Shown here piece by piece: positions 36,551 to 45,643 of a stretch of 64,000 nt of DNA (position 1 is the first letter of the stretch; every line of letters starts with the position of its first letter). This DNA comes from a virus. A program made the translations under genes and the position numbers. Below the pieces are notes generated by a model. That model did not search any database. It saw nothing but the letters and a program-made list of their open reading frames with translations, and was not told the origin of the DNA. The stretch covers positions 32,001 through 96,000 of IMG/VR virus record IMGVR_UViG_3300036859_000816; one strand, given 5' to 3'.

Positions 36551-36994
36551 CTAGCGAAACGGGACGACGGCAAGCTCGGCAATCTTGGAAACCCAGAAAA
36601 ATAGGCCGGGCCCGATGGATTTGATGACAGCGAACTCAACTACCGGACCATTGTCGGACGGGTTGAAGATGATTCCACCCAGCAAAATCACTGCGCCGAT
36701 GTATTCCTCTGACTGACTGTTCAGCGGGCTACGAACAAGTTTCCCGCCGAACTGACTAATGCTCGCGGCCTGGGCAGGCACGATTTGGCGCAAACTGTTG
36801 ATAGGAACGGCGAGATCAAAGACCGTCGTATCCCAGAGCACGTTGACCGTTGTACTATTTGGTGGGTCGTTACCCGCATCGAATCCGCTCGTGACTCCGA
36901 AGTGCGGCGGCTGGGCCGCAAAGCTGGTTTGGAGCAAATCGTTCGCTTCGAGAAAAGTGCGGGGAACCACGATGACATCGTCCACAATTGCCAT
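36551..36994 (-). CDS. Hypothetical protein
   Basis: Start MAIVDD lies 7 nt after a -10 box. Confidence 0.65.
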   Translation of the reverse strand: MAIVDDVIVVPRTFLEANDLLQTSFAAQPPHFGVTSGFDAGNDPPNSTTVNVLWDTTVFDLAVPINSLRQIVPAQAASISQFGGKLVRSPLNSQSEEYIGAVILLGGIIFNPSDNGPVVEFAVIKSIGPGLFFWVSKIAELAVVPFR

Positions 36995-37001
36995 GTCGAC
37001 C

Positions 37002-37031
37002 ATGCTACGTCGGGCCGGACAGTGCCGTCAA
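37002..37031 (-). promoter_or_regulatory. Promoter TTGACG-N18-TAGCAT
   Basis: Shares TTTTTTGACGGCA with the promoter at 20726-20738. Confidence 0.6.
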
Positions 37032-37073
37032 AAAAGCGGCCAGAGCGGAACCGGCTTGGGCTATCCTGTGGCG

Positions 37074-37595
37074 ATGTCCGCCTTCACTGGCCTGGCTGCG
37101 TCGCTGCGGGTCCTGGCTTCGGCCGCCCAACGGGCGACCCTGTACGACGTCAATACGACCGTCTACGCGGCCCAAGAACGCGCCGTTGAGCGGACGCTGG
37201 AGCGTATCCAGATCCAGGCGGAGCGGCTCACGGCGGGCCAGCCTAAGCACCGCAAGGCCGCGCGCACCGTACGGGCAGCCGTCGAACGAGCCGAGCGCTG
37301 CGCGCGCGGGGTCCTCCGGCGCAGCTCAGTCGATGACCTGGTGGGGCGGGCCGAAGCGGTGGAGCGAGCGGCGCGGGATGTGGCCGAATTGACCACGGAG
37401 CTTAACGGGCAGGCAGCGCAGGGCGTCGACGAAGTAATCGTTGGTGAGCGACCCTGGACGGAGCTGTCGAATGTGCTGGACGCACTCGGCTCCGGACATG
37501 CTAGTCAACCGGTACAGAACCAGGGCGTTGACCAGACCGCTGCGATTGCGACCTTGAGCGCAGGTGACGAGCACGCGAGCGGAACGCATCAGTAA
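37074..37595 (+). CDS. Helical hypothetical protein (overlaps the phosphatase antisense)
   Basis: TATCCT -10 at 37062 then ATG; amphipathic A/R/E-rich sequence. Confidence 0.45.
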   Translation: MSAFTGLAASLRVLASAAQRATLYDVNTTVYAAQERAVERTLERIQIQAERLTAGQPKHRKAARTVRAAVERAERCARGVLRRSSVDDLVGRAEAVERAARDVAELTTELNGQAAQGVDEVIVGERPWTELSNVLDALGSGHASQPVQNQGVDQTAAIATLSAGDEHASGTHQ

Positions 37596-37835
37596 GCTGC
37601 TCACATGATCCGCCATGCGCACGGCGCGCAACCATTCGCGCTGGGTGAGCGGGCTACCGTCGTCGTTAATCGGACAACGTAGCGTCGATAGACCCGTTTC
37701 GTCGGGACGCTGCTGAATCTCAATGGCGCAGAGGACAAGTGCATCGAAACATGGACGCACCGGCAACTCCGGATACGATCCTTGGTACAGCTTCGGCGCT
37801 AAGCAGGTGACATCAAGTTCGGAGCAGTCAGGCAT
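37326..37835 (-). CDS. Dual-specificity protein phosphatase
   Basis: LYQGS, INDD general-acid loop, VLVTCAQGRNRSG (CX5R), IRQLRP...NDYF. Confidence 0.9.
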   Translation of the reverse strand: MPDCSELDVTCLAPKLYQGSYPELPVRPCFDALVLCAIEIQQRPDETGLSTLRCPINDDGSPLTQREWLRAVRMADHVSSLLMRSARVLVTCAQGRNRSGLVNALVLYRLTSMSGAECVQHIRQLRPGSLTNDYFVDALRCLPVKLRGQFGHIPRRSLHRFGPPHQVID

Positions 37836-38044
37836 GTTAGGGATTGCCGGGAAGTGGGCGCCGCTCCCGGCGGGCGACAAAGGATTCACCGCTGTTTCAT
37901 GAGGCCACCAAACCGACAGCCCAAATCCAGAAAAACTGTCGGCAAAAAATCCCGCCGCAAGTTCTCCTTGCGTACCATGGCGGTAGAGCCCATGCAGTCA
38001 CGCGATCGAACGTAGCACATTGCCGTCCGCGATTGCTGAAATTC

Positions 38045-38356
38045 TCAGGTTCGCGCGGTAGGCGGCTTAGTTGCTGGCATCGTACTCGATGGTCGAGCGA
38101 CGCGCGCCAAGCGCTCGCGCGCTGTCTTGAGCATGACCGAAGCTTCGTTCAGTGCCGAAGGACGCAGATGGTCATCATCCATGATTTCGGGAAGCATCTT
38201 GAGCATTCCGACGACTAGATCGAGGTCTTCTTTGGTCTGCACACGCTCGAGTGCGCTGATGGTTTCACGCAAAGAGATGATGATAGCGTTGCGCATGTAG
38301 ATGACGGCAGCCTCAGACATCAGCGCGTTCCTCTCAGATTGTATTTCAACTTGCAC
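38045..38356 (-). CDS. Hypothetical protein
   Basis: ORF within a co-oriented run. Confidence 0.55.
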   Translation of the reverse strand: MQVEIQSERNALMSEAAVIYMRNAIIISLRETISALERVQTKEDLDLVVGMLKMLPEIMDDDHLRPSALNEASVMLKTARERLARVARPSSTMPATKPPTART

Positions 38357-38360
38357 TTCA

Positions 38361-39044
38361 TCATGGACTGTCCTGCTGCTGAGAAAAGAGTGATCCTTGA
38401 GTATCGACGTCGCGAATCACCTTGACGATGCGCGTGCCGTCGCCAATCTGCTCAGCGAGCTTGACGGCGCGCTCGGGCACGTTGTCAGCGTCGTCGATGA
38501 CGAGGTCGACGCCCGTCGGTCGGAACATGGTGAAGATGCCGGGAGTGAAGCCGCCTTGACCGTCCGGAATGGTCAAACGATGCGCGAGAAAGACCCATGT
38601 TTCGCCGAGCTTGAAGCCATTCGGGATCGCGCCGAGCTTGCGTGAGACGCCCATTTGCCGAGCCTCGGCCATGAAGATGTGCGGAGAGCGATAGAACTTC
38701 TCACCCGTCCACAGTAGGCCGTGCTTGCCAGTGACCGGCTGTATGCCGACGGGACAGGTTCGGCATGCATCGAGACCTGCGCAGCAGTAGCGCGGTACAC
38801 GACGCAACAGATCCGAGGTCGGAAACAGCAGGCTCGGCTCGATCCAGGTCCAGCCGCGCGTCGGCTTGATGCCGGCCGAGCAGCACGGGCAGACCGTCAG
38901 CGGCAAGGGCAGCCGGCCGCACGGCGCCGCAAGACCGGGTCCCACCAAATAGATGCCGACGCCGTTCTTGCTCGGCTTGCGGTACCCGCAACCGCGGGCG
39001 TGTTCCGTTGACGTTACAACTGTTACCATGGCTAGTGATACCAT
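38361..39044 (-). CDS. Hypothetical phage protein (Cys-rich N-terminus)
   Basis: RGCGYRK...CPCC; 227 aa; start possibly 39029. Confidence 0.7.
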   Translation of the reverse strand: MVSLAMVTVVTSTEHARGCGYRKPSKNGVGIYLVGPGLAAPCGRLPLPLTVCPCCSAGIKPTRGWTWIEPSLLFPTSDLLRRVPRYCCAGLDACRTCPVGIQPVTGKHGLLWTGEKFYRSPHIFMAEARQMGVSRKLGAIPNGFKLGETWVFLAHRLTIPDGQGGFTPGIFTMFRPTGVDLVIDDADNVPERAVKLAEQIGDGTRIVKVIRDVDTQGSLFSQQQDSP

Positions 39045-39085
39045 GGTAGCAGACGTGAGCTTCCCCGCAAAAAGAAAAATAACGG

Positions 39086-39382
39086 TCAGTTCGGGTTCGC
39101 TCCCGGAACCTTCACGCCACCGACGCCAATGAGCACGGTTTCGAGCATCAAACCAAATGCGTCATGCGCATCCGATGCGGCAGTATAGACGATGCCCATG
39201 GTGTCACCGGTTCCGCTCAGCGCGCCGCCTGCCTTGCGTACAACCTGACTCAATAGGTCGATCCGCGGTTCCTGTGGAGAGCGATAGACCAAGATCCAAC
39301 GCTCATTGTTTCCGTCTTGGATTTTCACGAGCTCGATGCGGCAGTCTCCGAGCATCGCGTACTGAACCAACTCAGCGTCCAT
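39086..39382 (-). CDS. Hypothetical protein
   Basis: 98 aa, RBS AAGGA. Confidence 0.6.
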   Translation of the reverse strand: MDAELVQYAMLGDCRIELVKIQDGNNERWILVYRSPQEPRIDLLSQVVRKAGGALSGTGDTMGIVYTAASDAHDAFGLMLETVLIGVGGVKVPGANPN

Positions 39383-39384
39383 CT

Positions 39385-41154
39385 TCAGTCCTTTCGGTGA
39401 GCCAGGGCAAAGAGTGAGAGCTGTTTGAGACCGGTACGAGGATCTTCGGATAGCACGCGCGCTGCGTGCGGGTCAAAGCCAACAGCGTGAGCTATGCGAG
39501 CTCGCGCGAGGCGGACGTGCGGTTCGGCATCAGTGTCGAGTAACTCAATTCCCAGAAAACGCACCATTTCCAGAATGCACGCGACTCCAGTTGAACCGCT
39601 GCCCGCGAACGGATCGAGGCAGATTCCGGCTGGCGGCGTCACGAGCCGAACAAGCCAACGCATCAGCGCCACGGATTTGACGGTCGGGTGTACATTGCGG
39701 ATTCCGCCAGTTCTCCCGGCGCCTGCGTGCGGATTGCGTGTACCGGCGCTGCCATCAACGCGGCCCGTAGCGGCGCCGCCCGTCACGGCCGCAAAGTCAC
39801 CGAGGCCGGTGTCTCGCTCCGACCGCGCCGGCTTAGCTTCGTAGAGAAACGGAACGACGTCGTCGAGCTCGTCGGGTTCGAACTGAGGGAAGAAGCGCGC
39901 GGCGGAGCCAGCGTCTCCGTATTCAATCATAGGTGTCCCTGCTGAACGACTTTCTTTCCCTAACGAGTTTCCTCGTGAGCCAGTGGCAGCATTCATCCGT
40001 GCTCCACTACCACTCCTGATTTCACCACTCTGCTTACTAAGCTCAGCGACTGGGCATCCATCGACGCACTGCCACTGCTCGACGTCTTCGGTGTCATTGC
40101 GCCGCTCGCCTGGCAAAGCAGCAAAGCCGGTCACGCCCTTATCGGCATAGCGACGGTCCGCGGACGGTTCACCCGCGCGTGTCGTATGCCGCACCATGGA
40201 GACTTCGTTACCGGTAAACTTGCTGGGCTCGGTCGCACGGTTGGGCGTGTCCCATGTTGGATTAGCCGGAACGCTAGCGGTGCCAATGCGCCGACAATCC
40301 GGATGATGCGAAAAGAGTAGGTTCGGCGGCCAACGACCCGCAGTATTGACCTCGTTCGCTCCGCTAAGGTCGCTCGAGTTTTTCCAGCTGTTGCCGAGCG
40401 AGCCGCCCTTGGCTTTGAGCGCGGCGACTTGCTGCTCGTGTGCTTTGAGGTCAGCCGGCGAGGCGTGCGCGACACGGCAGGCGTCGATGTTGAGGCCTCC
40501 GGTGCCGTACTCGACTACATTTGCGGCTACGGTGCCAGCGAGCGTTTTGCGCACTAGCCACCAAACTTCGTGAGCCGGCTTTGCAGCAGTGCCCCAACCG
40601 TTCCACTCTTTCGCAGCATCAGTAGCTGGCGCGATTATCGCTCGAGATTCACCAGTGTGAATTTCAATACGCTGCGCACCCGCAGCGTCATCAATTGCTT
40701 TACTGACATTGAGCGATTTCGGGAATCCCGTGGAAAAAATGTGATCGAACGAATCTCTGACCTCAAATCCTGCATTCTCGAGGGCCATGCCGGTCCAGTG
40801 CGACGTGCGCGGCAAGGCCCAGACGAACGCATGCGCTCCCGGTTTGAGCACACGCAGCACCTCGCGCATGATCTCGGTCAGCCACGCAATCCAATTGTCG
40901 CGGCCTCCGCGGTCCGAATCAAAACTCCGACCCATGAAGTTTATGCCAGCTGGAGGATCACAAACGCATGAGTCGATGCAGTTATCCGGCAGCGCTCGCA
41001 GCGGAACGAGCGCATCATGATGTTCGACGTGCCAGCGCGCTTCGCCGCGGAGCACGCGGGTAATCTCGCGATGAAACCAGAGCCACGACTTGGCGCACAG
41101 AGTGCTCATCAGTTGCTGTCCCGATTGTCCCGCGCCAGTTCCACAACGAAGCAC
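39385..41154 (-). CDS. N4/N6 DNA methyltransferase (beta class)
   Basis: CDPPAG motif IV variant; KPG; HPTVKS...LDPFAGSGSTG motif I; start likely 41109. Confidence 0.9.
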   Translation of the reverse strand: MLRCGTGAGQSGQQLMSTLCAKSWLWFHREITRVLRGEARWHVEHHDALVPLRALPDNCIDSCVCDPPAGINFMGRSFDSDRGGRDNWIAWLTEIMREVLRVLKPGAHAFVWALPRTSHWTGMALENAGFEVRDSFDHIFSTGFPKSLNVSKAIDDAAGAQRIEIHTGESRAIIAPATDAAKEWNGWGTAAKPAHEVWWLVRKTLAGTVAANVVEYGTGGLNIDACRVAHASPADLKAHEQQVAALKAKGGSLGNSWKNSSDLSGANEVNTAGRWPPNLLFSHHPDCRRIGTASVPANPTWDTPNRATEPSKFTGNEVSMVRHTTRAGEPSADRRYADKGVTGFAALPGERRNDTEDVEQWQCVDGCPVAELSKQSGEIRSGSGARMNAATGSRGNSLGKESRSAGTPMIEYGDAGSAARFFPQFEPDELDDVVPFLYEAKPARSERDTGLGDFAAVTGGAATGRVDGSAGTRNPHAGAGRTGGIRNVHPTVKSVALMRWLVRLVTPPAGICLDPFAGSGSTGVACILEMVRFLGIELLDTDAEPHVRLARARIAHAVGFDPHAARVLSEDPRTGLKQLSLFALAHRKD

Positions 41155-41360
41155 TCAACCTTCTCATCGAGTTCGGATTGAATCCGCTCCCACTCGGAAC
41201 TGAAGCCGGGAAGGTGAGCAGCGGCCACCAAGACTGATTTTTTCGCGATTTCCAGAGCTATCAGCGCTTCGAGCGGACCAGGTGTCCGCGCCGGCACATT
41301 CTCCAGGATCCATACTGCGGCAGGTGAGGCGGCGTCGAACATTGCGGCGAGAGTTTTCAT
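41109..41360 (-). CDS. Hypothetical protein
   Basis: Translationally coupled on both sides. Confidence 0.55.
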   Translation of the reverse strand: MKTLAAMFDAASPAAVWILENVPARTPGPLEALIALEIAKKSVLVAAAHLPGFSSEWERIQSELDEKVECFVVELARDNRDSN

Positions 41361-41695
41361 TGAGCGTCCTCATCAACAAAGTGCAGTATGAATTCTGGCG
41401 GCTTGTCCCAATTGCGTAGATCGTCTTCGACGTCTATCCAGTAGTTCTGTCGCGGTGGCACAACAATGAGCGGATTTAGTCCACGATTCCAGATTTCCGC
41501 CGTGGCCGTCACCTGATTCTTCATGCCGAAGCCGACCGTAACGTAATACGTCATGTGGTCCCTATAGTCGCCTTTGAAATTGACTCTAAGACCAGTGATT
41601 ACTCGTCGATGCTCTGTCAGAACTACATCGCTGTATTTTACATGCCCTGCAACGCTGAAGGCGTCGGTGCGTTGCGACATAACAATTGTCGTCAT
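41357..41695 (-). CDS. Hypothetical protein
   Basis: Coupled ORF. Confidence 0.6.
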   Translation of the reverse strand: MTTIVMSQRTDAFSVAGHVKYSDVVLTEHRRVITGLRVNFKGDYRDHMTYYVTVGFGMKNQVTATAEIWNRGLNPLIVVPPRQNYWIDVEDDLRNWDKPPEFILHFVDEDAQ

Positions 41696-41883
41696 TGTAA
41701 AATCTCCGCAGCGTTGCGGACCAAGCTGCGTACGAGGCTATTGATGGATACGCCGTTTTGTTTCGACCAGCGTTTCAACAGCGCAAGCTCGGATGTAGAC
41801 ACTTCAACGCGCACTGCATGGACGTGGATTATGTTGCTGCTTCGCTTGCGTATTGTCTTTGTTTTGGTCTTCTTCTTTTTCAT
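41692..41883 (-). CDS. Small basic RHH-like protein
   Basis: VRVEVSTSELALLKRWSKQNGVSINSLVR. Confidence 0.55.
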   Translation of the reverse strand: MKKKKTKTKTIRKRSSNIIHVHAVRVEVSTSELALLKRWSKQNGVSINSLVRSLVRNAAEILQ

Positions 41884-42191
41884 GACTCACCTCGCCCGCC
41901 TTTGCCAAAAATGGCGTCAAAGTTTGCGCCACCGAAGTCGCGGCGCATCTCTTCGATCTGTTCAACCGAAGGACGCTCATCATCGTACTCACCCGCGATG
42001 GTTCGGTCGGCCAAGTCTTCGAAGCCTGCCTGACGCAAATCGGCGACCAGTTGAAGTTTCGGTGTAGCCAACTCAGTGTCGAAGTCATGGTAGACGCCCT
42101 TCAGCGCACGCTTGAGCACGTATTCGCGTTTGAGGCTCCAGGGTTTCTTGCGCAGATCGTCAACCAGTTCTTTCTTCGTGCTGCCCATCAC
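41880..42191 (-). CDS. Hypothetical protein
   Basis: Coupled ORF, 103 aa. Confidence 0.6.
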   Translation of the reverse strand: MMGSTKKELVDDLRKKPWSLKREYVLKRALKGVYHDFDTELATPKLQLVADLRQAGFEDLADRTIAGEYDDERPSVEQIEEMRRDFGGANFDAIFGKGGRGES

Positions 42192-42553
42192 GCACCCTTT
42201 CGTTTTTTCTCGTCAATCTCGATAACGTTGTCGTAGCCCTGCTCCAGTCGGCGCAGTAATGTCTCGCGGTATTCAAATTCTTGGAACGCTCGCGTTAGTT
42301 TTATGGCTAGGGCGGCGCTGACAGAAACGCCTGTTTTTGAACTTACCCAGTCGTAACTTTTGTCCAGTAGCTCATTGAGCAAATCCGCGATAAACGAATA
42401 CGTATAACGATTAAGTTTTGCTGTCGCAATGTATTCAGCGCGACGCAACCACGGCCAGTACCAGTGGCGACGCTCAATGACGATACTGATGACTCCATTT
42501 AGTTCCTGCGATTCAACAACACGAATCATGGAGATCCATTCGGTCGTGCCCAT
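42188..42553 (-). CDS. Hypothetical protein
   Basis: Coupled ORF. Confidence 0.55.
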   Translation of the reverse strand: MGTTEWISMIRVVESQELNGVISIVIERRHWYWPWLRRAEYIATAKLNRYTYSFIADLLNELLDKSYDWVSSKTGVSVSAALAIKLTRAFQEFEYRETLLRRLEQGYDNVIEIDEKKRKGA

Positions 42554-43155
42554 GTGCGCAACGCTTCGCGGGCTTCATCACGCGCGCGGTTGAGTTGAAC
42601 CATCGCTTCGTGTTCTCCACCGCGATCCGGATGATGTTCTTGCACTCGCTTGCGGTATGCCGCTTCAACATCGTCCAGTGTCAGTCCGCCGATGGTTGTG
42701 AAGCCAAGGATCGTGGCCCAGCTCGGCAGCGAGCTCGATGCGGGCAACGCTGCGAAGCCCGTGAAGGCTCGCTTGAGGATTTCGCTCGCTTGCGTTCGCT
42801 CGATTAGGCGCAAGCCTTGGATAGCCAAACCGACCGCGCGCAGATTTTCGCGAACGGTCCTCCATGCGTCGCAAGCGATGACACGCGAGCCGAGCTTACG
42901 GTTACTCCAGTATACAGCTACTCCGGGATCGTTCGGTTCGCGCTGGTTCGAGTACGGTAGACCATCTATGCGCAGGGCCACGTTCGTGCTGATGACGGCG
43001 TCGTGCGATTGCACGCCGAACAGGCGCAGTTCTTCGACCAGGTCGTCGCGCGCTTTGCCGAAGCTGACCTGGTATTTCGACGAGCGCCGTTCGTTGATTG
43101 GCGTACGCTGCCAACCATCGGGCCAGCTCAGCGGAAACGCATCAATGCCTTTCAT
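42526..43155 (-). CDS. Phage J-domain (DnaJ) protein
   Basis: FPLSWPDGWQRT N-domain; AYRKRVQEHHPDRGG...MVQLNRARDEA. Confidence 0.85.
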   Translation of the reverse strand: MKGIDAFPLSWPDGWQRTPINERRSSKYQVSFGKARDDLVEELRLFGVQSHDAVISTNVALRIDGLPYSNQREPNDPGVAVYWSNRKLGSRVIACDAWRTVRENLRAVGLAIQGLRLIERTQASEILKRAFTGFAALPASSSLPSWATILGFTTIGGLTLDDVEAAYRKRVQEHHPDRGGEHEAMVQLNRARDEAREALRTWARPNGSP

Positions 43156-43331
43156 TTTGCTTTTCACTTTCCTTTGTCTGCCAAGACCCGCAGAGACCGC
43201 CGCCGTCGAACACACAATCCGCCAGTGCTCGACCTCGATCACGATGCAGAATGCAGATGCGCGCCGGCTTGTCGCGTCGCCAGGGATTCTCGACCTCTGG
43301 TTCCGTCCAGTAGCGGCAGTTGGCGCAGCGT

Positions 43332-43523
43332 TTACTCGCCATCGCTCGCATCCTGCGGAAGCTCTGCAAAAAACAGCACGCTCTCGAGAAGCCCAGCTGT
43401 CCGGTAGTCTTCCAAGCAATCAGCGCAGATCAGAAAATCATTGAGCCACGCTACCGCCGGTTTGCCGCACTCATGTTCTGGCTCGGACGGCGGCCAAGAC
43501 AGAATCACTTGACACGTCTTCAT
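43332..43523 (-). CDS. Small Zn-finger protein
   Basis: C..CGKPA...CADC; ATGA coupling. Confidence 0.5.
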   Translation of the reverse strand: MKTCQVILSWPPSEPEHECGKPAVAWLNDFLICADCLEDYRTAGLLESVLFFAELPQDASDGE

Positions 43524-44356
43524 GTGCCAGTCTCCCGAGCGGTCAGCTCTGCGATCCGTTTCAGTGCGTTTGCCACCTCTTGAAAGCGTTCCGCCAGAGC
43601 CGCGGGCGGCATCTGAGACAACAGACACGCTGCTTTGAACTGCTCACCCAGCTGCTTCGGTCCGTAATTGCCGCCGCGGTACATAGCGAGGCCGGTAGCT
43701 TCAATGCCCGCTGCGCGCTCAAATGCCGCGATGGTTTGTTTCAGCGATGCCGCGTCTTGCTCGGCATAGCGTGCTTTATTTTCGAGCCTGTACCTCTCAC
43801 TTTCGCACTCAGCCAGCTGGCGCTTTAGTTCGTCGAACTTGGTTTCGTTGTACCGAGCGTTCGCGGCTTCGTATGCCTCATCGCGACCGGATTGACGCAG
43901 CCGAGCTTGTCGTTCGCCGTCGTTGCGTAGCACGCTGGCCAGAAATTCTCGTGTGTACGCTTCAGGCTCCAGCTTCGGCGCCTGCTTTGCAACGCGAACT
44001 TTCTTGCCGGTTAGCTCGTAGTGGCCCCAGGTTTGCGGAACTTCGGCAGCCTCCACGACGCCTTTGGTCGCGGCGACCCACCAGAAATCGCAGAAGCGCT
44101 GGATGTCACTCGATTTCTTTGGATCGTCGACCTCGCGTAACCAATCGTTACGGGAAACCTTGACTTCGATGCCGGCTAGCCAGATGCCGCGCGACGGCCA
44201 GACGGAGACGACGATGGCATCGGCATAGCGCGTTTGGCGTCCGTAACCTGTGCCGTTGCGGACCTCAAATAGCCAAGCGTGCGCCGGCTCGCGCAACGGT
44301 CCGGCGCGCAATGCGTTCAGGACCGTGGCCGACGTGATTTGAAGCTGCGCCTTCAC
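43520..44356 (-). CDS. PD-(D/E)XK nuclease, MmcB-like, with coiled-coil tail
   Basis: FEV...YADAI...IEVKVSRNDWLRE...CDFWW. Confidence 0.8.
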   Translation of the reverse strand: MKAQLQITSATVLNALRAGPLREPAHAWLFEVRNGTGYGRQTRYADAIVVSVWPSRGIWLAGIEVKVSRNDWLREVDDPKKSSDIQRFCDFWWVAATKGVVEAAEVPQTWGHYELTGKKVRVAKQAPKLEPEAYTREFLASVLRNDGERQARLRQSGRDEAYEAANARYNETKFDELKRQLAECESERYRLENKARYAEQDAASLKQTIAAFERAAGIEATGLAMYRGGNYGPKQLGEQFKAACLLSQMPPAALAERFQEVANALKRIAELTARETGT

Positions 44357-44622
44357 TTCACGATCTCGTCTATCAAGGTCAGTGAATGGTACTCATCCTC
44401 AGCGTTCGCAGCGCGTAACACGTGCGTCGTGGCCTGTCCGAGCGTTGGCCGCGTACTGCTGTATTGGTAGAGCTCACCGCAGCGTACGAGCACGATGACG
44501 CGATCAGCGTGGCGCGTCACAATGAACTGCCGCATGCGTTGTTTGCCGAGCTTCCGGGCGCTCCAGTCAGCAAGCATCTGCAGTGCAGTAGCGTCATCGA
44601 CCGCTGTCATGGATTCTCCCAA
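44353..44622 (-). CDS. Hypothetical protein
   Basis: Coupled ORF. Confidence 0.5.
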   Translation of the reverse strand: MGESMTAVDDATALQMLADWSARKLGKQRMRQFIVTRHADRVIVLVRCGELYQYSSTRPTLGQATTHVLRAANAEDEYHSLTLIDEIVK

Positions 44623-44897
44623 TGCGGCGTCATCCAGACGTCGCCTTCGTCCTCGCCAAAATGTGCACGTACAGCCGGCTCAGCGTCTTCGTGGTAAACG
44701 AGAATACTGCCGAGCGTCGGATGGTTGACGCGCAACGGTTCGCCACTCACATCGCCGCGGGTGACCATCCGTTCGGGTTCAGTGGGAAAGTGTGGATAGA
44801 GCTCGTGGAACCAAGCGTGCGTGGCAACGTAGACAAGATCGACGATCTTGCGGGTTTCGCGCGGCCACTCGCGCCACTGCAGAGCAAACTTCATCAT
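44607..44897 (-). CDS. Hypothetical protein
   Basis: ATGA coupling with the lysin stop. Confidence 0.55.
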   Translation of the reverse strand: MMKFALQWREWPRETRKIVDLVYVATHAWFHELYPHFPTEPERMVTRGDVSGEPLRVNHPTLGSILVYHEDAEPAVRAHFGEDEGDVWMTPHWENP

Positions 44898-45643
44898 GGC
44901 AGATCCTGTTCGAGAATGAGCGCGTCGCGGTCGGCACGTAAGGCGTCCCAATCGATAGTGAGCGGCAACTGCAGTTCGAGCACAGTGTCCAGATCCGCGT
45001 CGCTGAACGGCGAGTGACCGGTCGTGGGTTGCAGGACGATGGGATCATGTTCGTGTACGGGTGCATCGAACACGGTCGGCAGCGTCGCATTGAGATGCGT
45101 GGCTAACTGCGTCAAGCCCTTGATGTACAGCGATCGTGAAGCGGTGTAATAGCCAGCTAGACCGAGCTCGTCGCCAAATGCGATCCAGTCGCCGCGCCGC
45201 GCCGCGTCCCATGCTTTGGCGTAACGGTTGGGTTTACCGCCACCTCTCGTTGCTAAGCCCAGAAAGCGCAGATGCGCATCGATACCCTTTGGCAATTTGT
45301 CCCACGCACGAAAGCAGCATTGTAGATTGAATGGGTCGTACCAGACGATCCGTCCGTTTTCGACTTCGTTACAGCGAAAGAACTGCACGAATCCCTGAAA
45401 CGAGGGCGACGCTTTCTTATTACCGATTTCGAAGTTGTGGCAGTACTGTCCGTGGCCGGTTTCAAGAATCACCTGCGCAGCTAGCGCACAGAGCTGACGG
45501 CGCGCAATGTCTTCACCGAACACGAAGCGGTACGCTTCGACCATGCCGCCCGCGAGCTCGAGGTCCGTGAACGGCGTCAGCCGGTCCGGTATGACGGTTT
45601 GGCCTAGTCGATTGGGAGCGGTGGGATACTTTGGATCAATCAT
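44894..45643 (-). CDS. GH73/FlgJ-like peptidoglycan hydrolase (candidate endolysin)
   Basis: AQVILETG (catalytic Glu), NxxxGxK, FRAW, AGYYTA. Confidence 0.75.
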   Translation of the reverse strand: MIDPKYPTAPNRLGQTVIPDRLTPFTDLELAGGMVEAYRFVFGEDIARRQLCALAAQVILETGHGQYCHNFEIGNKKASPSFQGFVQFFRCNEVENGRIVWYDPFNLQCCFRAWDKLPKGIDAHLRFLGLATRGGGKPNRYAKAWDAARRGDWIAFGDELGLAGYYTASRSLYIKGLTQLATHLNATLPTVFDAPVHEHDPIVLQPTTGHSPFSDADLDTVLELQLPLTIDWDALRADRDALILEQDLP

